NCBI GenBank assembly: GCA_016748015.1
Contig: JAAOMT010000067.1
Span: forward strand, 1-64,000
Origin: Geosiphon pyriformis uo1
Taxonomy: Eukaryota; Fungi; Glomeromycota
Length of the DNA: 64,000 nt
Direction: 5' to 3'
This document shows, in pieces, positions 39,501 through 52,646 of the stretch. Numbering within the stretch: the stretch's first letter is position 1; every line of letters begins with the position of its first letter. Made by a program: the position numbers and the translations under genes. The notes beneath the pieces were generated by a model. The model did not search any database. It was not told the DNA's origin and saw only the letters and a program-made list of their open reading frames with translations.

Positions 39501-42500
39501 CCATATAATTACAAACTCCAGCCAAAATGGCAAAAAAATTAATTACAGTACTTTGTAAAAGAATTACAAACAATTTTACTTGTAAATCTATTATATTATC
39601 ATACTTTCAAAAAAAACAATTCTAATTTTATTGAAAATTGCTTTATTATCTAAGCCAAATGAGTCCTATTATATTTTTCAATAAAGTTCAAAGTACAAAA
39701 ACATTTTCAGAAAATATAGATTTTTGTTTAATGAATTTAAATTACAAATATTAATTTTTTTATTGCCAAAATAATTAACACCACCACAACCAAATCTTAA
39801 CATTTAAAAATTGGTAGTAGTAATGAATGAAGCATAAAAAAAGCGAGCATTTGGGTAAAAAGACAGCATACACATTGGTACTACATTTAAAAAGCAGAAA
39901 AAATGATGAGAATTTTCCCAAGACGAGATTTAATGTATATGAGTGGATAACATTTAAATTTTTATTAACTATTCAATGGACAAATTTTTTCGGAATTTTG
40001 AATTTACATATAATTTTAGGAAAAACTTTTTGAATATTTTGAGATTACTTGTATATGAATTTTCGCAATTCATTTTCTTCAAATGCATTAAGAAAAATTT
40101 TAAAAAATGTTTATAAATTTAAGATTTCTGATTTTATTTTTCTAACAATAAAAAATATTTCAACCGATAAGTTTTTATTATTCGAAACCCATTTTTATAA
40201 AGATTTATAATGATTTTCAAATATTAAATACTTTAATCATTGAATAATATTTCGATTTGCTCTAAAATGTTTTTGAAAAAGCAGACATATATAAAATTCA
40301 TATATTAATTTTAATTATTGACAAACCTTGACTAATAGATTTTATTTTATTTTAAAGATTTCTCAAGTTGTTTGATTTTATTTAGAAATATTGATTCTTA
40401 AGATTCGAATAAAAATTATTATATATCTTTTAACATTTTCAGAATTTTTTGTAATTCACATTAGTTATAAATAGATAATATAATTTTTCTTGTTTATATA
40501 TACATTCAGTTTTTCCCATTTTCAAAATTAAAAAGTAAGAGTTAAGAGAGAGAAAAGATTAGTTATAACATTAAATCAAAAGTTTCTGGTTATAATTCAG
40601 ATCATATTCTTAATAACAAAATAATTTTAAAGGATGAATGAACTACCCAAAAACCTTCGAACATATATAATTTTCGAGTTTTTGTAGATCGTAAAAAGTA
40701 TCTCTATTTTTTAAAAATTTTAACTTATTAAATCTTTGCCCAAGCTCTTTAAGATATTGCAAAAGTTTTGATTAAACTTTGTAAGGAATCTCATTTAGAA
40801 AATATTTTAAAATAAAAATAGACAAGATCTTAAAAAAGTTATTTTTGTTATTAACTTGAATTGACAATTGATTTAATTATATGCACAGAATGGTTACTTT
40901 TATTTTCATCATTTTTGCAATATTATAACTTTACCGAAAGGTGTTTGATCTAACATATAAATTTTAGTGCAATAATCTGTAATTCTAGTTCCAAAATATG
41001 AAATAGTTTGTTGGTTTCTACGAATTGCTAAAGAGATTTCTTGAATCTTGAAAAGAAATTAAGTTAAATAATACCTTGGATGAACATTTCTCCCTGGCAA
41101 GGCCTTTATTACTTGCTGGTAGACTTTTCTACCGTAATATTTCACATTAAATAGTAGAAAATCAGTAGTTTCTTCAGGAGTTTTTATTCAGAAAGTCTGT
41201 AACAAATTTCGTAATTGGCTGAAATCTTTCGTGATAATAGAAATGATTAATGATTAGCAAATTTTTTTTATCTCGAAAAAATTTAAAAATTTTCTAAATT
41301 AAAATTTTAAAGCAGATTTGAATTACAAAAATAAAATTTTGACAATCTTTTTACCTAATCTTAAATTGTTATTATTGATTAAAAAATAATTTATTAAATA
41401 AATTTATTATCTTTTTATTCATTACATAAATTGGCTAATTTTCAGATAATAAATAATAATTTTATACTCTGCGGATTAATTGCTTTGATAGACTATTTAA
41501 GAAAGATTATTTAACATCACTTTTTTTCATTGGTTTTTTTTTACTATTAAAAGAATATACAATAATAAGTTTATAAAACTTAAAACTTCACTTAAATATA
41601 CAATTCGGATAGATATATAATTATACTATTTAAAGTTTTAATATATACTTTTAGATAAAAATCAAAAAGAAAATTTTACAAGTACAAACTATGCATTTAT
41701 ATAATTACTGTTCGACAGATTTGGGTTCATGTAGAAAAAATGGCATAACAGAATAAAGTTACAAAATCTATTTCGCAAGAATTTAATATTTTATACAATT
41801 GCATTGTATTCAATCTTTCTGAAGTCAATGATATTTTTTTGATATATTAAAAAAAATTAATATGGAAGAAATTTTCATGACCACTCGATCACTTGCACAC
41901 TTTCGATAAAGCAATGCACAAAATATTACGTGCAAGACAACGTAATTGAGAAAGAAAGAAAGAATTTCCTTTGTGAGACAAATTACTTTGGTTCAGCCAA
42001 AATTCGTCATTCTGATTCATTCTGATGAGAATAGAAATATATTCGGTTGAATTGATTCAATGTAACTGTTAAGAAAATCTTTTTTATTTGATTTTTATAT
42101 AATTTTATTAATTTATAAAAGGGACAAAGAATTTAAATCCAACATGAGACATTACAGAAATCACAAGGTTAAAAGAGCAAAGATTTAAGGTGTAAGTCAT
42201 ATGGATTTGTTTATATTGGAATTTTTGAGAGTTGTACTATTCCTCCGCTTTTCGAAATTAGAATTTTTAATCTGTGTACATATACTGTTTATGCCTTAAT
42301 TTAGCGTGGGTTTATATTAATTACTCAAAGAACCTGAAATTACGTAATATAAAATCAATTTTTTTTAAAAAATGAATATTAAAAAGAAAATTTAGCATTG
42401 TATATCTTTTAAAAGAATGAATGACCTTTAAACAATAGTAACTAGTTTGAGTAATGCATGTAGTTTTTCCGAACATAATATTATTAACAATGAATTTAAC

Positions 42501-43739
42501 ATTGTGCAGAGGTATCCAATTAAATATTATAATTTATCGCTTACTTTGTGATTGCTACATTGATGATCACCAGGTTTTTTTTTTTGAGAATTGTATTCGT
42601 TAGTGTTGCTAAATCAAGTTATAATATCATATCAAATAATGATTCGTAGGTTTTTTTGCTGCTACTATTTTTATTCTTTAAAATTTCAAGTATAAAAATT
42701 TACTATTTGTTTGCTTTTTTATTGGTTTAATTTAATTGATGAAATTTAAAATAATTCGGCGATCCACTATTTATTTACTTTTTTAATAAAGGAAAAATTT
42801 AAATAAGTAAAAAAATAAAATTTAAATTTAAATTTTCTATTTATCAACAAAATAAATTTCGTAAAAAGTTTTTAAAATTTTCAACGTATAAAAAATACAC
42901 AAATAATGATGGCTCAATAACCATCGAATCAATTTTTTTTTTTTTATAATAATATGTAAATTTATTGACCGGTCATTAATATCAAATCCATTTTTTTATG
43001 TTTTATAATTATTTTTTCTATTTTGTTTAATTGAGCACACCAAATTGAAAATAAATAATTGGACATAATTCCATTTTTTATTTGAATTTGCCTTATCCAT
43101 AATTTTGTTATGTGAAGGTTCATCGCTTATCAGTACAATAATTTTGAAAAAAGAAGGTTAACATGAGCGTTTGCAATTAGTATTATGCCTAATTTCTTAT
43201 TCATTTTCAAGCATTTGGTTGACTTTTAAAATATTTTATATGAGTTTTTATCATAAAAAAGAGCTTTAATTACTAATTTAAAGCAAAAACCAGTTTCAAT
43301 TTTTTTTCGTCACGTACTGCATTAACAGCCTTTACTAAAAAAAACCTAAAAGTTATTGATATTAAAAAAAAATCTCATAATTAGATATCACAATCTTTTT
43401 ATATTAATATTATTAACACGACCACTCTCAAAATGTTGAGATTAATAAATAAAATTTTTTATCGTGACATTGATTCAAATAAAATATGATTATCACAAAG
43501 AAAAAAGTAAAATATAAATATTTTTTAAATTTTCAATTTAATAAATTAAAAAAGTTATAAGCTAGCTATTTAGTTGGTTTCATAAAATGATAGGCATATA
43601 TTAACTTTAATATTATCTGTAAATCTTACACTTAGGTCATTGAAAATAATAATTCCTATTCCTATAAAATCTCTAAAGTATAACTCAATTGGGGTATTTT
43701 AAGTTTACTAGAAAAAGAAAATTTTTAAAGAAAGTTTTC

Positions 43740-44458
43740 TCATGCTAAAATTTTGACCAGAAACACAATAAGGTAGATGAAAATTGGTATTAAAATTATG
43801 CTGTTTATTAAAAATCTTTGTGCTAGAAAAGAGTTTCAATGTAAATTAAAAAAGTTATAACCTTGAAAATCACTCAAAATCAGATTTCGAAGTTTTACTC
43901 ACACCATCATCGTTTCTCTTTTTCCTTAGCACAAACCCATATTGAATCGACTATCCAAATTGGTCAGAGAAAAAATCCAAAAAAGTAAAGTTTTTTAGTA
44001 ATTGACCAAGATCTTTTAGATTGACTTGGTTTAACTTCTTGAAAAGAATCCATATCCATTGTCCAAGGATAATAATATTTTGGTGGCTTATCATTTATTA
44101 ATGTAGAATATTGTGGTAGGGATTCAATAGATACAGATCTTCGTGGACGATGTGCTGCTCGTATTAGAGGTATTACCAAGGGAGTAGACATTGTTGGTGA
44201 TGTTGGAAAAGAAGAAGAAGAGATGGAACTATTTGGAGAAACTATAGTCTGGGGTAGGGTAACTGTCGTAAAAGATGTATCAATGTTTAAATTAATAGTT
44301 AATAGTTCATTTGACGATAAAATCAAACTAGATTCTCTCTGTGGTTCTGGAGATGCTACATTTAGATTTTCTTTTGAATCTAAAGTAAGCCTTATTTTTT
44401 GACTACCACTCTCACTGTTATTATCACAGTGGTTTTCAGAATTGACTTCCAAATCCAT
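43740..44458 (-). pseudogene. Inactivated inverted paralog of the 49630-50358 membrane-protein gene
   Basis: Same two-exon structure; Trp codon TGG->TGA at 43964-43966 and a second in-frame TGA where the paralog has CGA; exon 2 ~43822-43740. Confidence 0.85.
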
Positions 44459-45464
44459 TTGAAAAAAATTTAATTTGATAAAGAATTTTTACTTTTGGGG
44501 TTTTTGCTTTTATAAATATCCTGCCATATTCATGCACTGAATGCCACAAGATCTTGTAAAGTATGTCTGAACAAAGGTCAGAATGAAATCATAAAAAAAT
44601 TAATCTTTGTGCAAGTTTTATATTTAACCAGTAAATTAAAGATCAATATAAAGGAAAACCTGAATGAAAAACATTTGGATCCAAATGAACTAATATATCC
44701 ATTTTTTCACTGCAAGTTTGAAATTATATCATCTCATGCATCTCACAAATACATTAAACATGATCTGAAAAGTGAAATTTTATAATTGAATAAAAACGTA
44801 CATTTTCTCAATATTTAAAATTTTGTTTAACTGAAGTAGTTTTATTAAAACAAATTTTAATATCTTTGTCAAAGGCTATCATATTTTGTGTTTAAAAAAA
44901 AAAGTTTATGAAAACATGTAATAAATACTGCTAAAAAAATTTTTATTAATTTAGTATTAATTATCCAATGTTTGTATATTGCCATGCATTTTGTCTTGAT
45001 AATAGGCTTTTTGATTAAATAAATGATTCCCAATTCATAGTTTTTTTGAATACTTGATTAAAAACTTAAATAATGATTACATAGTTATATGTCATAATAA
45101 ATTTTTAAAAATTAATTTTATTTTGTGAATTGATACATTATTTTGAATTTTCTAAAAAGTTAAATTTTCATTAGAGAAATTAAGAATCGTCTCTTCTCAT
45201 ATCTTGACGAGATAATTCAATAAAAACTGTCATACAATCGACAAAGAAAAACTTATATATAAAGTATGAAATCCCTTTAATTTCTAAATTTAAATTATAT
45301 ATATATATATATAATTTATAAAAATCTTTTATTTGTTCTTTAAAATACAACTTATTTGTCTAACCTAATGATTTAAAAAACAACGGCTCTATTTATAAAT
45401 TAAAATTTTAATTCAAAATTTACCCCTAAATATCTTATGAAATTTGCATAAAGAAAGATAATAA

Positions 45465-47551
45465 GCAGGGATAAAATCTTTGTTTAATCGATCAATGTCT
45501 TCTCTTAAAAAAAAGGAGAAACGAATTAGAATTCAAGTTTTACAAAATCTTTATTATTAATCGAATTTTTAGAACTATCTAGAATAGAATGAATGCTTTT
45601 AAAATTATCTATGCCATCAAGTAAAAATCAAGTAAAGTTTAAAATCATGAGCAAATTCTCGAAAGTTTACATTATCACCTTAAATAAAAGGAATTTCTAT
45701 GGTAAAAACCGATTAAAATATGGATGGGAACAAAATTTTTAACAAAGAATTGAATTAACCTATTTTTTGGTTGAAAATTACGCTTATCAAGTTAACTAAT
45801 TAAAAACTTGACGTTGGAATTAGAATACCACGTTTTTAAGAACAATGTTTAAAAATTCCAAAAGTGGAATTAAAAATGGATATTTATTGTTTATTTTTTT
45901 AAATAGCTTTAGGAAATGATCAACACCTGATTATCAAAAAATTTAATTCCATAGAATGGCATGCAAATTTTACATTATTTTTATGTACTAGTTTTTTTGG
46001 CGAATGGCATCTAAATAACTAGGTTTTATTATAAGATAATCCAATAGATTAAAAGACCTTTAGAAACAAAGGATATTAAGTTAGTCCAATTGATATCGAG
46101 AATTAAACTGATTTATATTATATTACGGGAGGGGGGGTTAATGAGACTTTGGTTCGTAGAAATCATTCTTTGTATCCTAAATCGTACAAGACTTTTGTCA
46201 TCTTTATACATATTATTTCTAAATGATGTTTATGAGACTTATTCTCTGTCAATAAAATTTAATCCCATTAAGAATGGGATGCAGTGTAGTAGATTGTACA
46301 TTATCTACCAATGATTCATTGTATAAATGGAGCAAATTCTTTCGTATTTCCTATTAAGACAGATACTTTTTAGGAAATTATCATATCCTCTAAATAGGTA
46401 ATGATAATAGGTTTGTTGATTGCCCAATGTTATGTTGTATACCATTGATAATTTATCTGTCATATATTGTGGAGTCTTCAATTTAATATTTTAATCCCAG
46501 AATTCAACCATTATAGAGTTTATGCATTTGTTTTATTACTACATAATTCGGCTTCGCCGTTCTCGAACTTTTGTAAAATAAGAAATTATCATTATACCTA
46601 TTTCAGAATTATAAATAAATCTTTGAAACGATTTTCCTCGATAAGTATATGATTTCTTGAAAAGGGTTAGATCGAGGTCTGAACTTTTAAAATAAATTGA
46701 AAACAATTTAAAGTTTAAGGTAAATTATAAGTTTTTTACCACTTTCGAAATTTAACAACTCCCATAACTATAAATGTAAAAGATTATTCAACAACGACAT
46801 ATAATATACTATAAATACATATTTAGAAGATATAATAATTTCCAAAGGTAGCTTCTTTCAACTAAATTTTTCCTGTCTTAAAGTGCAGAAATACAACGCC
46901 CATGTTTAAATTCTTATGTGTGGTATGTTAGACCGCGTTTCATTCCCAGAGAGGGATTAGAATTTATTGGGTAGAGTAAAATATCATGAACCAAGAACTG
47001 GTTTCTCCTTAGGACCAATTAAAGGATTTTTAGGTACGAAAGGAACATTTATTCGAATCACGAGCCTTATTAACCGGTAATTTATTACAGATTCTCGGTA
47101 TTAACTGGACCAAAAGTCTTTTAATCTATTGTGCCATCCTAATAAACTTAATTACTAGATTAGAATAATTTTATTTAAAAAAATAAACAATCAATATCCA
47201 TTTTTTAATTCTAAAATTAAATTTATTAATTAGTTAACTTGATAGGCTTAAATTTTTAATTAAAAAAATAATTTAATTTCAAAACTATGTTCTTTTCAAA
47301 GATTAATTGGTTTTTAATATAGAAATTTCTTTATTTAAACTGCAGTAAATTCTAGACGATGCTTTATTTAATATGATAATGTAAATTTCTGAGAAGCTAC
47401 TTAAATTTTTAGAATTTACTTAATCTTTACTTGATGGGATAAATAAATTTAAAATAAACCATTCTATCTTTTTCAAACCTTGAATTCTAATTCGTTTCTC
47501 CTTTTTTTTAAGAGAAGAAATTGATCGATTAAACAAGGATTTTATGCCTGC
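45465..47551. repeat. Long imperfect inverted repeat: arms ~45465-45905 and ~47173-47551, ~1.27-kb spacer
   Basis: gcagggataaaatctttgtttaatcgatcaatgtcttctcttaaaaaaaaggagaaacgaattagaattcaag (45465-) is the near-exact reverse complement of 47479-47551; similarity continues inward (ccatcaagtaaa, tttacattatca, tatcaagttaactaatta, aaaatggatatt.attgtttatttttttaaata). Confidence 0.85.
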
Positions 47552-49629
47552 CCAAAATTGCTATTATAAAGGTTACAAATCTTATTAGAAGATGTTGAAT
47601 GTCAAATAAAAGAATTCTATAAATTTTTTTGCTGTTATGTTGTGATGTAGAGATTTTGATTTAGTAGCATTTATAATTATGTTAAAAGCATATTATTAAT
47701 ATTAAAAAACTTTTAGAATGCACCTTACATAAAAAAAACCGTATAATAACATCTCTGCACAAGATTGTCTTTCATATTTTAGATGTTAGTAATTAAGACA
47801 TCTGATATAACTTTATGAATAAGCAAAATAAAAATTGGATTTCGAGTTATTGTTTAATTCTTTTAAGAATCCTTGGTAATATTGAATTTTTTACGAAACA
47901 TATACAAAAAAGTTTATTTTGAAAAAAATTTGATTCAATAAAGATACCCTAAAGATAATTATCTGCGATTTTTTATATGATAATTTATACATGAAATATA
48001 TCAAATTTATTATTCATTCAAATTATACTCGAAATCTGTAGATACAATTGGTGTAAAGCTTTGACAAAAAAAATGTATACCCAAAGATCAGTCCATTTTA
48101 AAGAAAATATGAAACCAATTTTCAGAAAAATCATTGGCCAATTTCAAATAAATTGCATAAAATATATATTTTTGAAAACTTCAACTTTTTGCTTGGTGAC
48201 CCTTATTTTCTCTATTTCAACAAATGAAATCTAAAGCAGAATTGAAACTTTATTTAGGCTTTATCATTTTCGATAAAGACATTATAAAATATATTTTTTG
48301 ATTCGTTAAATAAATCTTGTCTTTTTAAGAAATTGAAACATTTCAAAATACGAATTTTTCAAACTGGTCGTGATTAGATTTGAAAGTAGACGAATATCTG
48401 AAATTTATTTTTTAAATAAAGAAAATACGGTACCTTTTTTTAAATTGGATAATTTTATGAATTGATTTGAAATTAAAAATTTTGATCAAATCAAGTGAAG
48501 AGAGGATACTTTATCTTGTTTAAAATCTTTTCGATACACTGTCATTCTTATAATCGATTAACTAGATATAAATGCTGGTTAAATTTCATTCTTGTTCAAA
48601 CTAATTTTTAATTTCATGGAATTTTCATTTATTAGAATATGCAAATAATCAAAATTTGTCGGTAAAATCACGGAGGAAAAAGTATGACCACTCATAACAA
48701 AATAATAGATGCAACGTATTCTTGGCTATTTTACTGGGGAAACATGAACTCTATCGATCAATAAATCCTAATTGGATCTCTCATACAATGCTAATTCCGA
48801 TTTCATAGAAAATCTGCGTACATAGTGTATTGGTAACATCACAGCAATATTATTGAACAACCGTGATACATGATGATTATCTATTGTCTCAAAGAATGTC
48901 ATTCTTTTGGAAAAACTGTGTAAAACTGCTGGGATCACTATTATCTTCCTTAATATCATTTTATTCTTTTTGTATTAATTAATAACAACAAAAATAAAAC
49001 TTTATTACATTTCATATAACGTGAAATGGATACGTTCATATGCAAATCCTACCTTCCACTTTTTACAACAGATTTGAAGATTAGACCAATTTTTTTTTAC
49101 AAATGCATTATGAAAAAATTTATTCTAAATCTTCAAAAGGGGGAAGAGAATACAGTTTCAAATTTAAGCATAGAGAGATTAATATGATTCGCCTAGAAGG
49201 TTTTTTGTTCATTTTCTTGGTTCTTCGCTCACCTTACATTGATTGGGTTTTAAAATCAAACTAAAAATATCTTGTTTATTAACCGGTAATTTCGCAAGAA
49301 ATATTCGGTTAAAATATAATAGAGAGATCTTGGATTCTATTATTATCCATATTAGAATTTATTGACATAATGTATTACTCGATAAAAATCCCGCACACAC
49401 GAGTGCATTAAATGCTTTGAAAAAAAAAATTTAAAACAAAGAATTCTTTAATGACTTTATTGCAGTACAATTCCAAAATTATTTAGTTATGCTTCAGATA
49501 AGTAAAATTAATTTATGGTTATAATTTTTTATGCGTGTTTGGTTACATAGTTGAACAGTTTTAAATATTTAAAAGTGCGAAAATCTCGAAAATAAATTTT
49601 TTTTGTTAAATTTAATTTTTTTTTCTCTA

Positions 49630-50358
49630 ATGGATTTGGAAGTCAATTTTGAAAACAATTGTGTCAGTGACAGTGACAGCGGCAGTCAAAAAATAAGGCT
49701 TACTTTAGATTCAAAAGAAAATTCAAATGTAGATAGCTTAGAACCACAGAGAGAATCTATTTTAATTTTACCGTCAAATGAATTATTAACTATTAATTTA
49801 AACATTGATACATCTTTTACGACAGTTACCCTACCCCAGACTATAGTTTCTCCAAATAGTTCCATCTCTTCTTCTTCTTTTCCAACATCACCAACAATGT
49901 CTACTCCCTTGGTAATACCTCTAATACGAGCAGCACATCGTCCACGAAGATCTGTATCTATTGAATCCCTACCACAATATTCTACATTAATAAATGATAA
50001 ACCGCCAAAATATTATCGTCCTTGGACAATGGATATGAATCCTTTTCAAGATATTGAACCAAGTCAACCCAAAAGACCTTGGTCAATTACCAAGAAACTT
50101 TACTTTTTTGGATTTTTTCTCTGGCCAATTTGGATGGTTGGCGCAATATGGATTTGTGCCAAAGAAAAAGAGAAACGCCGATGGTGTGAGTAAAACTTTG
50201 AAATTTGATTTTAGGTGATTTTGAGATTTTAATTTATTAATAAACTTTCATTTTACTACTCAATTTTCCTAGCCCAAAGATGTCTAATAAATAGCATAAT
50301 TTCAATAGGAATTTCCACTTATATCATTGTGGCTATAGTGAAAAATAGGAAAAATTAA
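49630..50358 (+). CDS. Uncharacterised fungal membrane protein: Ser/Pro/Thr-rich N-terminus, LPxY/PPxY motifs, two C-terminal hydrophobic segments; 2 exons, ~213 aa
   Basis: Exon 1 49630-50185, exon 2 50273-50358 in frame: ...ESLPQY..PPKY...LYFFGFFLWPIWMVGAIW..EKRRWSQRCLINSIISIGISTYIIVAIVKNRKN*. Confidence 0.8.
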
Positions 50359-51599
50359 TTCTTAGATCGATCAGCAACAAGTCATGATTTCCCTGAATAC
50401 ATGTATTTATCTTATTAGAACAACATCTCATGTTGAATATAATACATCAAATATATTTATAAGGTATATAACTAATTTTTGTAATACTATCAAGTAATGG
50501 GGTTGCTGCTCTACTGAAGATTCAATCAAGAGACAATAATTTTTTTCTTTAGTCTCGGCTCATATTAAAAACAGTACTTGAGATTGCATTTGAAATTTTT
50601 TTTTCTGAATAATCTTTAGTTTTATATCACTTTCTTTTTGTTTGTTTTTCTAATAAAAAAACCATTCATAGATTTTGCATTCCAATTAAATAAGAAAAAA
50701 TTAATAACTTTTAAAAAAATTGCTCTAATTAATAAAGTTAGTTGGATAATTTTATAAGATATATTTTTTTTAATATCTTGAAACAAATTTTGATCATTTT
50801 TAACATGAGCAAAGTATTTTATTGATTAATAATTTAATTTGGCTACCATGTAAAAAAAAAGATTTATTAGTTAATAACTTGAGTTGGCTATTATCTACAT
50901 TTCTTTGAAAATAGGATTATAAAAGCTGTGCTAAATACTACGCACAAATAAAATTTAATCAAAGAAATTTTCGATGTGAATAAACAAATAAATTCATTAA
51001 ATTGATTAAATATATCATGTTTAATAATTTATTATTCATTATTTTTATTACTATAAATAAAAAACATTTTTTAAATTTCATAAAATAATTATTAAATTGT
51101 GAATTAATAAATTTCTTTTTTTTTATGTATAATTAAAATTTTTGAATTTAAATATTCGTGATGATTACTTTAAATTTTTATAATAATAAAATTAAAATTT
51201 CTAATGTAAAAAAACCAATGTAAATTAATATATAAATATTTATTTTAAAATTCTAATTTATATTTCCTGTTAATTTTCAAATCAAGTATTGATTTAGAAT
51301 TTATGTAAAATAATAAGCTGAAGTACAGTTGATATAGCATTATGCCTGAATCGGCATTATTAAAATTCAATATTAGATGTTATTCTTTATGTTTTCAGTT
51401 TCAATATTCATGTCTATTATTCATTAGGATTTTTTTGAACACATTTTTTTCATTATTTCATTTCTTGTTTTTTTGTTTGTTTTGCAATAATATTTTTAAA
51501 CTGCTTCTTTTTATTTCGAATGTTTAAAGAAAATAAATTTTTTAAAATATATATTGGATCCAGAGCCAATTAAAATCTGTTTAATAGCTCTACTAAGTT

Positions 51600-52646
51600 A
51601 TATTATCTGTGAGAAAAAAACTTAAATTACTACATATGTAACTTTTTTATTTTTTATCCAATAAGATTGCCATTAGAAATGAATCTATGAGTCAAAGAAT
51701 GTAGCAAGCAAAAGCTGATCTCCAAAGTAAAATCACCAAACTACTTACTATACAATGTCAAAAAGTTGGAGAAAATAGAAAGAATTGAGCACAAAGACGG
51801 TAATAGTCATCGTAGAGAAATTATGAACATGTATTGAGAAAAGTAGGGTCAATATGTTGATAAAATTCTTGTCTTTCCAATCGCACAATTGACAGACATT
51901 TAAAAATAACTTGGAAATATGAAAAACCTACGAATCACTACGTAAATGCTCGGGCAAATTCAAAGGCAAGAATGTGTTGAATGGGGAAAATTTTATCTTA
52001 ATGGTAACTAGAAAACCCTTAGTTTCTGATAAAGCAGCATTTCAACTGTTCCCAAACAGAATTCAACATTGGTACAAGGAAAAACAGCCAATTTGGCCAA
52101 GATGAAAAGATCCTACAAAATATTTGTATGGTATGAAGAGAAACAGCAGTTTACTTGTTTAGCATATTATGCGTGCTAAGTTTTATATAGCAATTTTGCA
52201 AAAAAATATCAGAAAAGTTAATAGAATACTTGGGAAGAAGGGGTGCATTCAATAAGATAATGATTCTAAGCATACAGGTCGAGTAGCTAAGGTGTTTCTT
52301 GCAGAAAATGTACTTCAAGTTATTGACTAGCTGTCATGTAGTTTGGATTTAAATTCTATTGAAAATCTGTGGGCAATCGCTAAACGTAAAATAGAAAAAC
52401 GAATGCCACAAAATATGGATGATTTGCAGCGATGGAATTCTTTGCAAAAACATGCTAAACAGTTTAGGAAATTCAATGTTGCGGCGTTGTGAATTGATTA
52501 TCAAGAGTAAAGGCGATCGAATTGCACGTTAAATTTTATATTAATAAAATCAGTGGCTTTTGGCCTTCCTAACAATATATTAATTATAGGATTCCGTGTG
52601 AAACTGTGATCTATTTGCAAAGTTAATTTTTTTTGTCACACTATAT
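51600..52646 (+). mobile_element. Degenerate Tc1-family transposon relic
   Basis: Broken transposase C-terminus 52247-52532: FQ*DNDSKHTGRVAKVFLAEN..VID*LSCSLDLNSIENLWAIAKRKIE..NSMLRRCELIIKSKGD; decayed TIR-like ends (tgtgagaaaaaaacttaa / ttaattttttttgtcaca). Confidence 0.8.

Noticed and set aside
40630-42300. Possible decayed gene(s), including a weak F-box-like MNELPKNLRTYIIFEFL
   Set aside because: Too short and degenerate to support a call.
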